Source: Acidimicrobiales bacterium (lineage in GTDB: Bacteria; Actinomycetota; Acidimicrobiia; Acidimicrobiales; AC-14). From it: a stretch of 49,123 nt of DNA. A program made the position numbers and the translations under genes. Shown piece after piece: positions 25,971 to 35,176 of this stretch; the first letter of the stretch is position 1; each line of letters opens with the position of its first letter. Location: the NCBI GenBank assembly GCA_050742415.1, contig JBOGIF010000045.1, forward strand, positions 1-49,123, in the 5' to 3' direction. The notes below the pieces were generated by a model. That model was not told the DNA's origin. It saw only the letters and a list, made by a program, of their open reading frames with translations, and made no database searches.

Positions 25971-26752
25971 CCCGGGGTCGGGGGCCGAGGCGTTCCGAGC
26001 CGGGCGACCGCCTGGAAGGCCTCCAGCATCTCGACCGGGATGGGGAAGATGATCGTCGAGCTGTTCTCGGCCGAGATCTCCGCCAGCGTCTGGAGAGTGC
26101 GGAGCTGGAGAGCCCCCGGTGCGGCGGCGATCACCTGAGCAGCCTCACCCAGCTTCTGCGAGGCCTGGAGCTCACCCTCGGCGGCGATGATCTTCGCTCG
26201 CCTTTCCCGTTCTGCCTCGGCTTGGCGGGCCATCGCCCGCTGCATCTGCTCGGGCAGCCCGACGTCGCGGATCTCCACCCGGTGGACCTTCACCCCCCAG
26301 GGCTCGGTCTGGGTGTCGAGCGCTTCCTGGAGCTCGGCGTCGATCCGGTCCCGCTCGCTCAGCAGCTGGTCCAGCTCGTGGCGGCCGACGGTCGAGCGGA
26401 GCGTGGTCTGGGCCACGAGTTGGGACGACGAGTACCAATCACGGATCTTGACCACCGACGCAACCGGGTCGATCACCTGGAAGTAGGCGACGGCGTCGAC
26501 GGTGGCGGTCACGTTGTCCTTGGTGATCACCGCTTGCGAGGCCACCGGCACCGCCGCGATCTGCAGGTTGGTCTTGACGATCTTGTCGAGGATGGGGATC
26601 ACCAGGAAGATCCCCGGTCCCTTGGCGCCCACACAGCGGCCCAGGCGGAAGATGACCCCGCGCTCGTACTCCTGGACGATCCGGACCGAGGCGGCCAGGA
26701 AGACCACCAACAGCACCAGCACCACCACGCCCGTTCCGAGGAAACCCTGCAT
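25967..26752 (-). CDS. SPFH/band 7 (stomatin-like) protein
   Basis: An N-terminal TM followed by IVQEYERGVIFRLGR...VITKDNV...VEIRDVGLPEQMQRAMARQAEAERERRAKII. ATG at 26752. Confidence 0.88.
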   Translation of the reverse strand: MQGFLGTGVVVLVLLVVFLAASVRIVQEYERGVIFRLGRCVGAKGPGIFLVIPILDKIVKTNLQIAAVPVASQAVITKDNVTATVDAVAYFQVIDPVASVVKIRDWYSSSQLVAQTTLRSTVGRHELDQLLSERDRIDAELQEALDTQTEPWGVKVHRVEIRDVGLPEQMQRAMARQAEAERERRAKIIAAEGELQASQKLGEAAQVIAAAPGALQLRTLQTLAEISAENSSTIIFPIPVEMLEAFQAVARLGTPRPPTPG

Positions 26753-26784
26753 GCCCGCACCTCCTCGCCGTTGTGGCGACGACC

Positions 26785-27387
26785 CTACGGGACCGGGCTG
26801 GGCAGCGCGACCTCGACCGTCATCCCGGTGTGCCCGCAGACGACTACCTCGTCGCCGGGCGAGAGGTCGAACGCACTGCGCGCCTTCCACAGCGAGCCGT
26901 CGACGCGGACGGTGCCGGAACGGCCGTTCCACCGGACGACGGTGCCGGTGCGGCCGATGAGCGCCTCCATGCCCGTCTGGGGCGGTAGCTCGAGGAGCCG
27001 ATTGGCCGCGTGCATCAACGGCCGGAAGGCCATCGGCAGCGCAACCGAACCGCCGATGGCCAGTACGATCGTGGCCGGGTCCCGGGCGGCCACGCCGTAG
27101 CCGATTCCGCCGACGGCGAACAGCCCGGCGGCCACCCACTGTCCGGTTGGGGAGGGGCGGCGTGCGATGAGCAGCACCGCCCACAGGAAGACGGCGGCGG
27201 CCACGGCCAGGAGCGGCCACCACGGGTGAGCCTGATCGCCGGCGGCCAGCACCGCCACCGCCGCCAGCGCCAGCGCCGAGGTCCCGGCCAGGCCGAACGT
27301 GGGGAGGGCGACCTCGACCAGCATCAAAGCTGCCGCCAGCGTGATCGCCACCAGCACCACCGCCGGAGCGTCTGGCAGCCAACCCAT
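26785..27387 (-). CDS. NfeD-family membrane protein
   Basis: Multi-TM N-terminus plus a C-terminal OB-like ...GRTGTVVRWNGRSGTVRVDGSLWKARS...GDEVVV. The classic NfeD-stomatin gene pair. Confidence 0.8.
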   Translation of the reverse strand: MGWLPDAPAVVLVAITLAAALMLVEVALPTFGLAGTSALALAAVAVLAAGDQAHPWWPLLAVAAAVFLWAVLLIARRPSPTGQWVAAGLFAVGGIGYGVAARDPATIVLAIGGSVALPMAFRPLMHAANRLLELPPQTGMEALIGRTGTVVRWNGRSGTVRVDGSLWKARSAFDLSPGDEVVVCGHTGMTVEVALPSPVP

Positions 27388-27406
27388 GGCTACAGAGTAC
27401 GGCGCA

Positions 27407-28213
27407 CTAGAGGTCGTCGAGGAGGTCGCCCACCGCAGTGTTGAAGGCGTCGGCCGCCTCCAGGTTGGACAGGTGCCCGGCGTCGGGCAGCACCGTGAGG
27501 CGCGAACCCGGTATGCGCTGCTGCCATTCGCGCACCACTTCGGGCGGCGACAACCGGTCCTGCTCCCCGACCAGAACCAGCGTGGGCACGCCGATGCCGG
27601 CCAGCTCGTCGGTGGCGTCGGGGCGCTGCTTCATGGCTTCGAGGGCGCCGACGTAGCCGGCCGCCGGGTTGTCGCCCATCAGCCGGCGCACCTGCCCGAC
27701 CAACTCAGGCCGGTGGGCGAAGCTGTGGTCGCCCAGCAGACCCGGGATCAGGGCCTCGACCACCTTGCCGGTTCCGTCGCGCAGCACCTGTTCCTGCTGG
27801 TCGGAGCGCCTGGCCAGCACCTCGGAGGAGTCGGCAGCGGCCCTCGTGTCGGCCAGCACCAGGCCGGCGATGCGCTCGGGAAAGAGCCGAAGGCAGGCGA
27901 ACGCCACGTACCCGCCCATCGAGAGACCGCCGAGCACCACCTCCTCGAGAGCAAGCGCGTCGAGGAGGGCCATCACCTCGTCGGCGTAGCGGGCCATGCC
28001 ATAGGAGGCAGGGTCCTCCGGGGTGTCGGAGCGCCCGAAGCCCGACAGGTCGGGAGCGATCACGCGGAATCGTGACGACAGGCAGGACAGTTGGGGCGCC
28101 CACATCTCCGAGTGCAACGGGAAGGCGTGCAGAAGCACCAGCGGTGGGCGCACGGCATCGGGCCCGAGGTCGTTGAAGTGCAGTCTCGTGCCGCCGAAGT
28201 CGACGAAAGGCAC
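27407..28213 (-). CDS. Alpha/beta hydrolase
   Basis: HAFPLH..., nucleophile elbow GLSMGG, C-terminal ...GHLSNLE. About 268 aa. Confidence 0.85.
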   Translation of the reverse strand: MPFVDFGGTRLHFNDLGPDAVRPPLVLLHAFPLHSEMWAPQLSCLSSRFRVIAPDLSGFGRSDTPEDPASYGMARYADEVMALLDALALEEVVLGGLSMGGYVAFACLRLFPERIAGLVLADTRAAADSSEVLARRSDQQEQVLRDGTGKVVEALIPGLLGDHSFAHRPELVGQVRRLMGDNPAAGYVGALEAMKQRPDATDELAGIGVPTLVLVGEQDRLSPPEVVREWQQRIPGSRLTVLPDAGHLSNLEAADAFNTAVGDLLDDL

Positions 28214-28270
28214 GACCCGACGCTACGCGCCGAGGCCGGACCGTCGGCACCGGAGCCTACGATCGCCCGT

Positions 28271-28810
28271 GTGAGGCCGGGGGTCGTGGTGCTCGTCGGC
28301 CTTCCGGGGGCGGGCAAGAGCGCTCTCGCCGCCGGGCTGGCGGCTCGGCTGCACGGAGCTCGCGTGCTCGACAAGGACCTCGTGCGCGACTCGCTGTTCG
28401 CGCCGTGTGACTACACGGCCGCCGAGCGCGACGTCAGCTTCTCGGCGATGCTCGACGCCGCCCGCTACCACCTCGGACGGGCTCGGGTGGTGATCTTCGA
28501 CGGTCTCACGTTCTCCCGTCGCAGCCAGGTGGCGGCGGCCGAGTCCGTGGCGCTCGATGCCGGCGGGTTCGCGGCGGTGGTCGTCTGCGACGTGCCCGTG
28601 GAGGTGGCCATCGAGCGGTGCGAGGCCGACGCCCGACGGTCGTCGCATCTTGGCGCCAACCGCGACGCCGATCTAGTTCGCCGGGTGGCGGCCGAGATGG
28701 TGGAGCCGGCCGGCTCCTATCTCACCCTCGACATGACCGGCGACCTGGCCAACCGGGTGGGGGAGGCCCTCGCCTACGTGGAGGACTGCGCGGCGGCAGT
28801 CTCTCCCTAG
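28271..28810 (+). CDS. P-loop kinase / AAA-type ATPase family protein
   Basis: Walker A VVLVGLPGAGKSAL. About 180 aa, GTG start at 28271. Confidence 0.7.
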   Translation: MRPGVVVLVGLPGAGKSALAAGLAARLHGARVLDKDLVRDSLFAPCDYTAAERDVSFSAMLDAARYHLGRARVVIFDGLTFSRRSQVAAAESVALDAGGFAAVVVCDVPVEVAIERCEADARRSSHLGANRDADLVRRVAAEMVEPAGSYLTLDMTGDLANRVGEALAYVEDCAAAVSP

Positions 28811-29100
28811 ACCGACTTCTTGGCGGCCGCCTTCTTCACGGCCGACTTCTTGGCGGCCGCCTTCTTCAAGGGTCCCTTCTTGGCTGCCTTGCGGGCCTGC
28901 TCCGCCGCGGCCCAGGCCTTGGTGGTCTGGTCCTCCGACTCAGCGCCCGCCGCCGACTTCTGGACGGCGCGCACGCCGTTGAGGCAGGCCGCCTTGCTGT
29001 TGTAGGCCTGGCTGGTGGCGATCACCTGGCCGTTGTTGGAGCAGAGCGTGAACCGGAACTTCCCGGTCGTGCCCTGCTTGATGACGAACTTGGCTGGCAT
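28807..29100 (-). CDS. YegP (DUF1508) domain protein with a Lys/Ala-rich C-terminal tail
   Basis: MPAKFVIKQGTTGKFRFTLCSNNGQVIATSQAYNSKAACLNGVRAV is the YegP repeat. Tail KKAAAKKSAVKKAAAKKSV. GGAGG sits upstream of the ATG at 29100. Confidence 0.8.
   Translation of the reverse strand: MPAKFVIKQGTTGKFRFTLCSNNGQVIATSQAYNSKAACLNGVRAVQKSAAGAESEDQTTKAWAAAEQARKAAKKGPLKKAAAKKSAVKKAAAKKSV
28812..28871. repeat. 2 x 30-bp tandem duplication inside the YegP tail
   Basis: CCGACTTCTTGGCGGCCGCCTTCTTCA(C/A)GG occurs twice back to back, with 1 mismatch. Confidence 0.8.
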
Positions 29101-29427
29101 CGTTCCTCCCCCTCTGGTGCTCCCCGTTGGAGATGCCGCTGCTCCGCCGTCCTGCCGGTGCGGGCGAAGCATAACCACACCACCCCGTCGGATCACGGTT
29201 CCTCGGGCGCCGGTCAAACTCTCGGCGGCAACGCTGCCACCAGCACAGTTCGGCCCGCCTGACTCTTTTCTCGAGCGAAACGTGACTTCTGGTCGGAAAG
29301 TTTGTACTTTTCACTGGTTGGCGACAACCCATCCGGCAACAGGCGCCTTCAGATCCGCGGCGGCGGTAGGGGGATGAATCGCTGCAGGCGCATCAGGACC
29401 GGTGGGCTACTAGCAAAGGAGCAGTGT

Positions 29428-31173
29428 GTGAGGAAACGTTTTGCGGGGCTCCTCACGGCCGCGTTGATCACGGGCGGTTTGCTCGTGACGTCGCCGGTCC
29501 GGGTAGGCGCACAAGCGGTCAGCGATCAGCCGTTCTCGGCGAGTGGAACCGGCACGGCCGTCCACGTCGGGGCGCTGCGGCTTGGCACCACGGAGATCTT
29601 GAACACCGAGGTGGCCTATTCCGGAGGTTCGGCGAACTCCAAGGGCCTGCCGGGCGTGATCAACAACGAGTTCGGACAGACCGTCCAGCCGGCTCAGCCG
29701 GGCAAGAACTCCTACGGGCGTGGCACCGGCCTGGAGTTGGGCGTGGGCACCACGCTCCCGTCCGACGTCGACCGCAACGCCCTGAACCTGTCGGAGAGGG
29801 CCGAGGCGAACGCCGCCCCGAACCTCCCGATGGTCACCAAGGAGATCCCGATCGACCTCGACCCGGTGGCCTACGCCTCGACGGCGCGGGGGCAGGCGCA
29901 GGCGATCTTCGACCCCACCTACTGCCCCGTCGGCCGGCCTCTCAGCTTCGGGCTGGGCTACGTCGAGAACCTCGAGCTGCTCAACACCACCTCGGGGGTG
30001 CGTGACGCCAACGGCGGCTTCGGCGGCCAGCTGCTCGGAACGAGCGTGAGCCAGGGCAACCCGCGTGGCGCCAGCCAGTCCCGCACGGTGACCTACCTTG
30101 CCCCCAACGGCGACGGCACCTTCGGCGTGGTCAGTGAGACGCGCCAGACCGTGGCTCCGATCACCGCCCTGGGCGACCTCAACAACGGCCTCATCATCGA
30201 GATCGCGGGCGAGTTCGGCCTCAAGGCCACGGCCACCGGCAAGCCCGGCGGCTCGAGTGTGGTGTACACCGGCAACCCGGTGGTGACCATCAAGACCGTC
30301 ACACTCGGCGTAGAGCTCCAGGTCCTGCAGCTCACACTGCAGCAGCTCCTGGGCAACCCGGGCCTCAACGTGAACCTCGCCCCCGTGGCCGAGGTCAGCG
30401 TCGGCGCCCCGCCCCGTGCCATCGGCAGCGCCCCGGCCGCACCTTCGCCGGCCGTCGCCGCCGCCAACGGCACCGCCGCCTCGGGCGCGGTCGACACCGT
30501 GCGCCTGAAGGTGCTCAACCTCCCGGGCCTGATGGGTCTCGACCTGTCCCTGGGGCACATGGAGGCCACGGCGAACGCCCCCGCAGGAGGCGTCCGTTGC
30601 CAGATCCCGGTGAGCAAGGCCGCCAGCCCGGACCCGGTCCAGGTCGGCCAGGAGGTCACCTTCACCATCAAGATCCCGAGCGACGCCGCCTTCTTCAGCA
30701 CGCTGTTCAACTGCGACCTGGTGGGCATCAAGGCCACCGACACGCACGAGAGCACGACTGGCGGACCGCGCGTGATCCTGACCTCCGCCGAGCCGGGTGG
30801 CCGGATAGTGGGGAACCAGGCGATCTTCGACAACCTCGGCAGCTATCGCCTCGGCGATCCGCCGATAGTCCTCACGATCAGGGGACGGATCCCGTCCAAC
30901 TCCCGATCGGGTGTCCTGCGTGACACCGTCGACGTGACCGCTGCTCTCGGCAACTGCCGAGGTGGCGCCGCCGGCGAGGACATCGTCAGAGGTGGAGCGA
31001 CCTTCGATGGCAGCGCCATCGTGGGCCGGGTCACCCTGGTAGGCCCCAACGTGACCGGCGGGGACCTGGCCGCCACCGGTGGGACCTCGTTGCCGCTGGT
31101 GCTGGGCGGCGGGCTCGGGCTCTTGGCCCTCGGCCTGTTCCGCCTGCGTCGCCGGGCTGGTCTCTCGGACTAG
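29428..31173 (+). CDS. Secreted, sortase-anchored (LAxTG) surface protein with a DUF11-like repeat domain
   Basis: GTG 29428 lies 6 nt after AAAGGAG. Signal peptide VRKRFAGLLTAALITGGLLVTSPVRVGAQA. DUF11-like VSKAASPDPVQVGQEVTFTIKI. The C-terminus is LAATG + hydrophobic segment + RLRRR. Confidence 0.8.
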   Translation: MRKRFAGLLTAALITGGLLVTSPVRVGAQAVSDQPFSASGTGTAVHVGALRLGTTEILNTEVAYSGGSANSKGLPGVINNEFGQTVQPAQPGKNSYGRGTGLELGVGTTLPSDVDRNALNLSERAEANAAPNLPMVTKEIPIDLDPVAYASTARGQAQAIFDPTYCPVGRPLSFGLGYVENLELLNTTSGVRDANGGFGGQLLGTSVSQGNPRGASQSRTVTYLAPNGDGTFGVVSETRQTVAPITALGDLNNGLIIEIAGEFGLKATATGKPGGSSVVYTGNPVVTIKTVTLGVELQVLQLTLQQLLGNPGLNVNLAPVAEVSVGAPPRAIGSAPAAPSPAVAAANGTAASGAVDTVRLKVLNLPGLMGLDLSLGHMEATANAPAGGVRCQIPVSKAASPDPVQVGQEVTFTIKIPSDAAFFSTLFNCDLVGIKATDTHESTTGGPRVILTSAEPGGRIVGNQAIFDNLGSYRLGDPPIVLTIRGRIPSNSRSGVLRDTVDVTAALGNCRGGAAGEDIVRGGATFDGSAIVGRVTLVGPNVTGGDLAATGGTSLPLVLGGGLGLLALGLFRLRRRAGLSD

Positions 31174-31210
31174 CCATACGGGCCTAGACGGCCCGCTGAA
31201 CATGGAACTC

Positions 31211-31245
31211 GATGGACCGGCCCGTTGCGAGACGGCCGGTCCATC
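31211..31245 (+). terminator. 12-bp perfect hairpin downstream of the surface-protein gene
   Basis: GATGGACCGGCC (31211-31222) / GGCCGGTCCATC (31234-31245) with an 11-nt loop. No clear U-tract. Confidence 0.45.
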
Positions 31246-31335
31246 GCATCTCCGCCGCTGTCTCCAGTTCCGGGGCGAACCGGCCGAATAACCGGTGCGT
31301 AGCCCGGGAGCGCGATTTCGGTAGAGAATGGAGCT

Positions 31336-31992
31336 GTGATGGTCCGGAGCGGTCGGCGAGCTGGGTCCGTGGCGATCCGCCGGATCGGGCTGGTTGCGCT
31401 CGTGTCCACGCTGCTGTCGGCCTGTGCGGGCTCTGGCTACCAGTACGTGCAGAGCAGCTCCAACGCCACCTACTTCAAGGTCCCGAAGGACTGGAAGGTC
31501 TTCGACCGGGCCGACGTGTTGAAGGCAGCGTCCAGCTCGCAGCCGGTAGATGCCGCGTCGGACCTGAAGTTTCTGGCCATATTCGACGGTGATCCGGTCC
31601 CCTCGCTCGAGCACGGCCTGGAGACGGCCAGTCATCCGTTCGGCATCGTCACCGTGCGCGAGCTCGACATCGAGGAGAGGGACAAGTTCTCGAGGTCCGA
31701 GCTGCGCAACCAGGTGGTGCCGATCGACGAGATCCTCGACCTGAAGAAGGGCAAGGTCGACCTGGTGAGCGAGCCGAAGAGCATCCTGCAGCCCAAGGGG
31801 CTGGCGGGGACCCGTCTCACCTACCGGATCAGCACCGACGACCTCTCCTTCACCGTGGACCAGATCGGCTTGGTCGACCCCGACCACCGGTTCGTCTACT
31901 TCTTCATAGCCGGCTGCGAGTCGACCTGCTACGACCAGAACCGCCGCACCATCACCGAGATCGCAGACTCGTGGACCATCAAGGAGCCATGA
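31336..31992 (+). CDS. Lipoprotein, function unknown
   Basis: Lipobox LLSAC after a basic/hydrophobic signal (MMVRSGRRAGSVAIRRIGLVALVSTLLSAC). Its stop is 1 nt before the next ATG. Confidence 0.7.
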   Translation: MMVRSGRRAGSVAIRRIGLVALVSTLLSACAGSGYQYVQSSSNATYFKVPKDWKVFDRADVLKAASSSQPVDAASDLKFLAIFDGDPVPSLEHGLETASHPFGIVTVRELDIEERDKFSRSELRNQVVPIDEILDLKKGKVDLVSEPKSILQPKGLAGTRLTYRISTDDLSFTVDQIGLVDPDHRFVYFFIAGCESTCYDQNRRTITEIADSWTIKEP

Positions 31993-31993
31993 C

Positions 31994-34456
31994 ATGAGTG
32001 AGAACGGCACGACCCCTTCCGGGCAACTGGCTCGGCCCGGCGTCGGGCCCAACCAGGCGCGACACGAGAGCCGACCTCGGGACGACGAGCGCCCCACCCG
32101 CAAGCCACAGGGGGGCTGGGACCGGGTCAAGGTCCTCGTCCTGCTTCTGAGCCTGCTGGGGCTCTCGGTGTGGACGGCTGTCGCCGACAGCCCCATCCTC
32201 CCCGTCGCCGACGCGGTCAACCAGGTGCTGGCGTCGTCGACCGGCCGGTTCCTGATCTTCCTCGTTGTCTTGGAGGTGATCCGCCAGCTCCACTACTGGA
32301 TCAGCGAGCGCTCCGCGCCCTATCACCAGTTCTGGACCAAGCGGTTCTTCGCCAGTATCAACCGCCGGACCGAGGGCATGAACTCGTGGACCCGGTTCCG
32401 GATCGGGCGGCTGGTGAGGGTTGCCGTGGTCCTGGCCATCGTCGGCTCGGTGCTCGGCCGGATGCTCGGCCGGCCCCCGCTGATCGCGCTGTTCGAGGCG
32501 CCGGCGAAGGCGATCGCGGCCCTCCCGATGCTGTTCCAGTTCGCCCTGCTGTTCTTCGTGATCATCATCCAGTTCGTCGGCATGGCGTGGTACGCCGCTC
32601 GCCAGGGGATCGAGGTCTACTTCCCCGACGACATCAAGACGCGCTTCGGCGACGTCTGGGGCCAGGACCACGTGCTCGACCGGGTCCGGGAGAACATCCT
32701 GTTCCTCGAGAACCCCGATTCCATCGAGGCCAAGGGCGGCTACGTGCCGGCTGGCATCCTGCTCTGGGGCCCGCCCGGCACCGGCAAGACGCTGATGGCC
32801 GAGGCGGTCGCCGGTGAGACCGGCAAGCCCTACGTGTTCGTCGACCCCGGTGGGCTGACCGCCTTCGGCTTCGGGGCGCTGGCCGTCAAGGGCGTGTTCC
32901 GCAAGCTCCGCAAGCTGGCTACCCGCTACGGAGGCGTCATCGTGTTCTTCGACGAGGCCGACGCCCTCGGGAGCCGGGTCATGACCCAGCCGAAGCCAAC
33001 CGGCGCATCAGGGGCCGTCTGGGCCCACAACCCGGCCTGCAACGGCATGTCGTACCTCGACCCCCGCACCGCCAACCTTCTGCACACCTCGGCGATGTCG
33101 TCGGCCCTGGCCAGCGAGCCTGAGGAAGGCGGACGACTCCTCCGCAACCGCTTCTTCATGATGGGCGGAGGCGGGGGCGGCGGGATGCTCCAGGCCCTGC
33201 TGACCGAGATCTCCGGGCTCAAGAAGCCCCGGGGCTTCATGAACCGGGTCGTCCGCCGGTCGTTGGGCATGCGGCCGAAGCCCCCGCCCAAGTACCGGAT
33301 CCTCGTCATGATGGCCACCAACCTGCCCGAGGCCCTCGACGAGGCCCTGCTGCGCCCGGGCCGGATCGACCGGGTCTACAAGGTGGGGTACCCCTCCAAG
33401 CCGGGCCGGATCCGCACCTACGAGGGCTACCTGGCGAAGGTCCGCCACGAGCTCACCGCCGCCGACATCGACAAGCTGGCCACCATCACCCCCTACGCCA
33501 CCGGGGCCATCATCAAGGACCTCGTGAACGAGGCGCTGATCCAGTGCATCCGCGACGGCCGCGAGGTGATCACCTGGGGCGACATGGTCAAGGCCAAGCA
33601 CTTCAAGATGCTGGGCCCCCCCGAGGACGTCGAGTACATCGAGCGGGAACGCCACGCTGTGGCCGTCCACGAGGCCTGCCACGCCGTCGCCGCCTACCGG
33701 GTGCGACGTCACCTCACCATCGACATCGCCACCATCGAGAAGGGTGGCACCTACCTGGGCATGGTGGCGTCGATCAAGCCGGAGGACCGGTTCACCCTAT
33801 GGCGGACCGAGTACGAGGCCGATGTCGTCGTCTCTCTCGCCTCGCTCGCCGGGGAGAGGCTGTTCTTCGACGGCGACAACTCGTCGGGCGTCTCCGGCGA
33901 CCTGGAGAGCGCGACCGAGGTGGCCACCCTGATGGAGGGCTACTGGGGCATGGGCACGAGCGTGACCTCCCACGGGGTCACCCATAAGGTGGGCATCGGA
34001 GGGGGCGGCAAGCCGGGCGAGAAGAAGGGCAAGGACGGCAAGGGCGAGCCCGACTTGCTCAACTCCAGCCTGGGCGAGCGCATCGAGGAGAACCTCGGCC
34101 ATCTCCTGGTCCGGGCCGAGCAGCTCCTGCGGGAGAACCGCCTTGAGGTGTTGGCGGTGGCGCACGCCCTCGAGACCCATAAGACGGTGTCGGGAGAGGA
34201 CATCGAAGCCGTCATCGAGGGTCGCCGGGGACCGCTGGTCGACGGCCGGGTGTACGCCGACCCGGGGTTCGCTGCCGTGGTCGAGGCCTACCACTCCCAG
34301 GCGGTGGTCGCCCACAAGGGCAGCGCCGGCTTCGACATCCCCTTGCCCGTGCTCAACGGGCACCGCCCGGAGTACGACAGCGAAGGTGTCGCTGTCCCCG
34401 ATACTGGCGACGGCTCGCCGTGGGCCCGCCCGGCGGGCGAGGACAGCGGCAACTGA
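31994..34456 (+). CDS. Atypical FtsH-like AAA+ ATPase / M41 zinc metalloprotease
   Basis: About 4 N-terminal TM segments, Walker A GPPGTGKT, Walker B VIVFFDEADA, second region of homology LLRPGRIDR and HEXXH (VHEACHAV). Large insertions after Walker B include a MMGGGGGGGM tract. Confidence 0.85.
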   Translation: MSENGTTPSGQLARPGVGPNQARHESRPRDDERPTRKPQGGWDRVKVLVLLLSLLGLSVWTAVADSPILPVADAVNQVLASSTGRFLIFLVVLEVIRQLHYWISERSAPYHQFWTKRFFASINRRTEGMNSWTRFRIGRLVRVAVVLAIVGSVLGRMLGRPPLIALFEAPAKAIAALPMLFQFALLFFVIIIQFVGMAWYAARQGIEVYFPDDIKTRFGDVWGQDHVLDRVRENILFLENPDSIEAKGGYVPAGILLWGPPGTGKTLMAEAVAGETGKPYVFVDPGGLTAFGFGALAVKGVFRKLRKLATRYGGVIVFFDEADALGSRVMTQPKPTGASGAVWAHNPACNGMSYLDPRTANLLHTSAMSSALASEPEEGGRLLRNRFFMMGGGGGGGMLQALLTEISGLKKPRGFMNRVVRRSLGMRPKPPPKYRILVMMATNLPEALDEALLRPGRIDRVYKVGYPSKPGRIRTYEGYLAKVRHELTAADIDKLATITPYATGAIIKDLVNEALIQCIRDGREVITWGDMVKAKHFKMLGPPEDVEYIERERHAVAVHEACHAVAAYRVRRHLTIDIATIEKGGTYLGMVASIKPEDRFTLWRTEYEADVVVSLASLAGERLFFDGDNSSGVSGDLESATEVATLMEGYWGMGTSVTSHGVTHKVGIGGGGKPGEKKGKDGKGEPDLLNSSLGERIEENLGHLLVRAEQLLRENRLEVLAVAHALETHKTVSGEDIEAVIEGRRGPLVDGRVYADPGFAAVVEAYHSQAVVAHKGSAGFDIPLPVLNGHRPEYDSEGVAVPDTGDGSPWARPAGEDSGN

Positions 34457-34474
34457 GGTAGTCACCGGCGGGGC

Positions 34475-35176
34475 TCAGACGAGGTCGAGCACGGCGCGCA
34501 GGTCGGCTATACGGGAGGCGCCCTCGGGCAGCGCAGGGAGGCCGTCGCCTTCGTGGCGGTGGTCGGGCCGGCGCAGGTGGGCGGCCCGCATGCCGAGGGC
34601 CAGCGGCCCGGCGACGTCGGGGCCCCATGTGTCACCCACGAACAGCACCTCCGCCGGCGCCAGGCCGCACCGGTCCAACGTGTGGTGGAAGATCCGGGGA
34701 TGGGGCTTGCGCGCCCCAGCCTGGGCGGAGGTGACGACCACGTCGGCGAGCCCGCTGAGCCCGGCCGCCGTCACGGCCCGGTCGATGTGCCAGTCCCAGT
34801 TGGAGCACACAGCCACCTTCACTCCTCGGCGGCGCAGCTCTCCGAGAACATCGGGGACCTCGTTGTAGGCGGCCAACATGTAGTCCTTGGAGACGGCGTA
34901 GAGGTCGGCCACCAGCGCTTCGAGGTCGTCCTCGCCGACGCCGGCGGAACGGGAGCGCTGCCGCAGCCGGTCGAGCTCCCAGGCCCGGTAGTGCTCGGGG
35001 CTCCGGGAGTGCTCGGCATGCTCCTCTCCGTCGAGGGCGCCACCGACCCATCGGTCGGTCCAGGCGGCCTCGTCGTACTGGATGCCGTGGCGGGAGAACA
35101 CCTGCTCATGAGTGTCGCCCCACGACACCGCCCGGGCGAGGGTGCCGTAGAAGTCGAACAGGACCCCGCGGGTCAC
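34475..35176 (-). CDS. HAD-family hydrolase
   Basis: GVLFDFYGTL (DxYGT motif I), ...VAVCSNWD..., ...ARKPHPRIF..., ...LFVGDTWGPDV. Its GTG overlaps the M50 stop (GTGA). Confidence 0.8.
   Translation of the reverse strand: MTRGVLFDFYGTLARAVSWGDTHEQVFSRHGIQYDEAAWTDRWVGGALDGEEHAEHSRSPEHYRAWELDRLRQRSRSAGVGEDDLEALVADLYAVSKDYMLAAYNEVPDVLGELRRRGVKVAVCSNWDWHIDRAVTAAGLSGLADVVVTSAQAGARKPHPRIFHHTLDRCGLAPAEVLFVGDTWGPDVAGPLALGMRAAHLRRPDHRHEGDGLPALPEGASRIADLRAVLDLV

Noticed and set aside
29410-32220. 936-aa minus-strand ORF
   Set aside because: It lies opposite the surface-protein, lipoprotein and FtsH-like genes, which have a signal peptide, lipobox, Walker motifs and HEXXH. Its own translation has no motifs and is Arg/Gly/Ala-rich.
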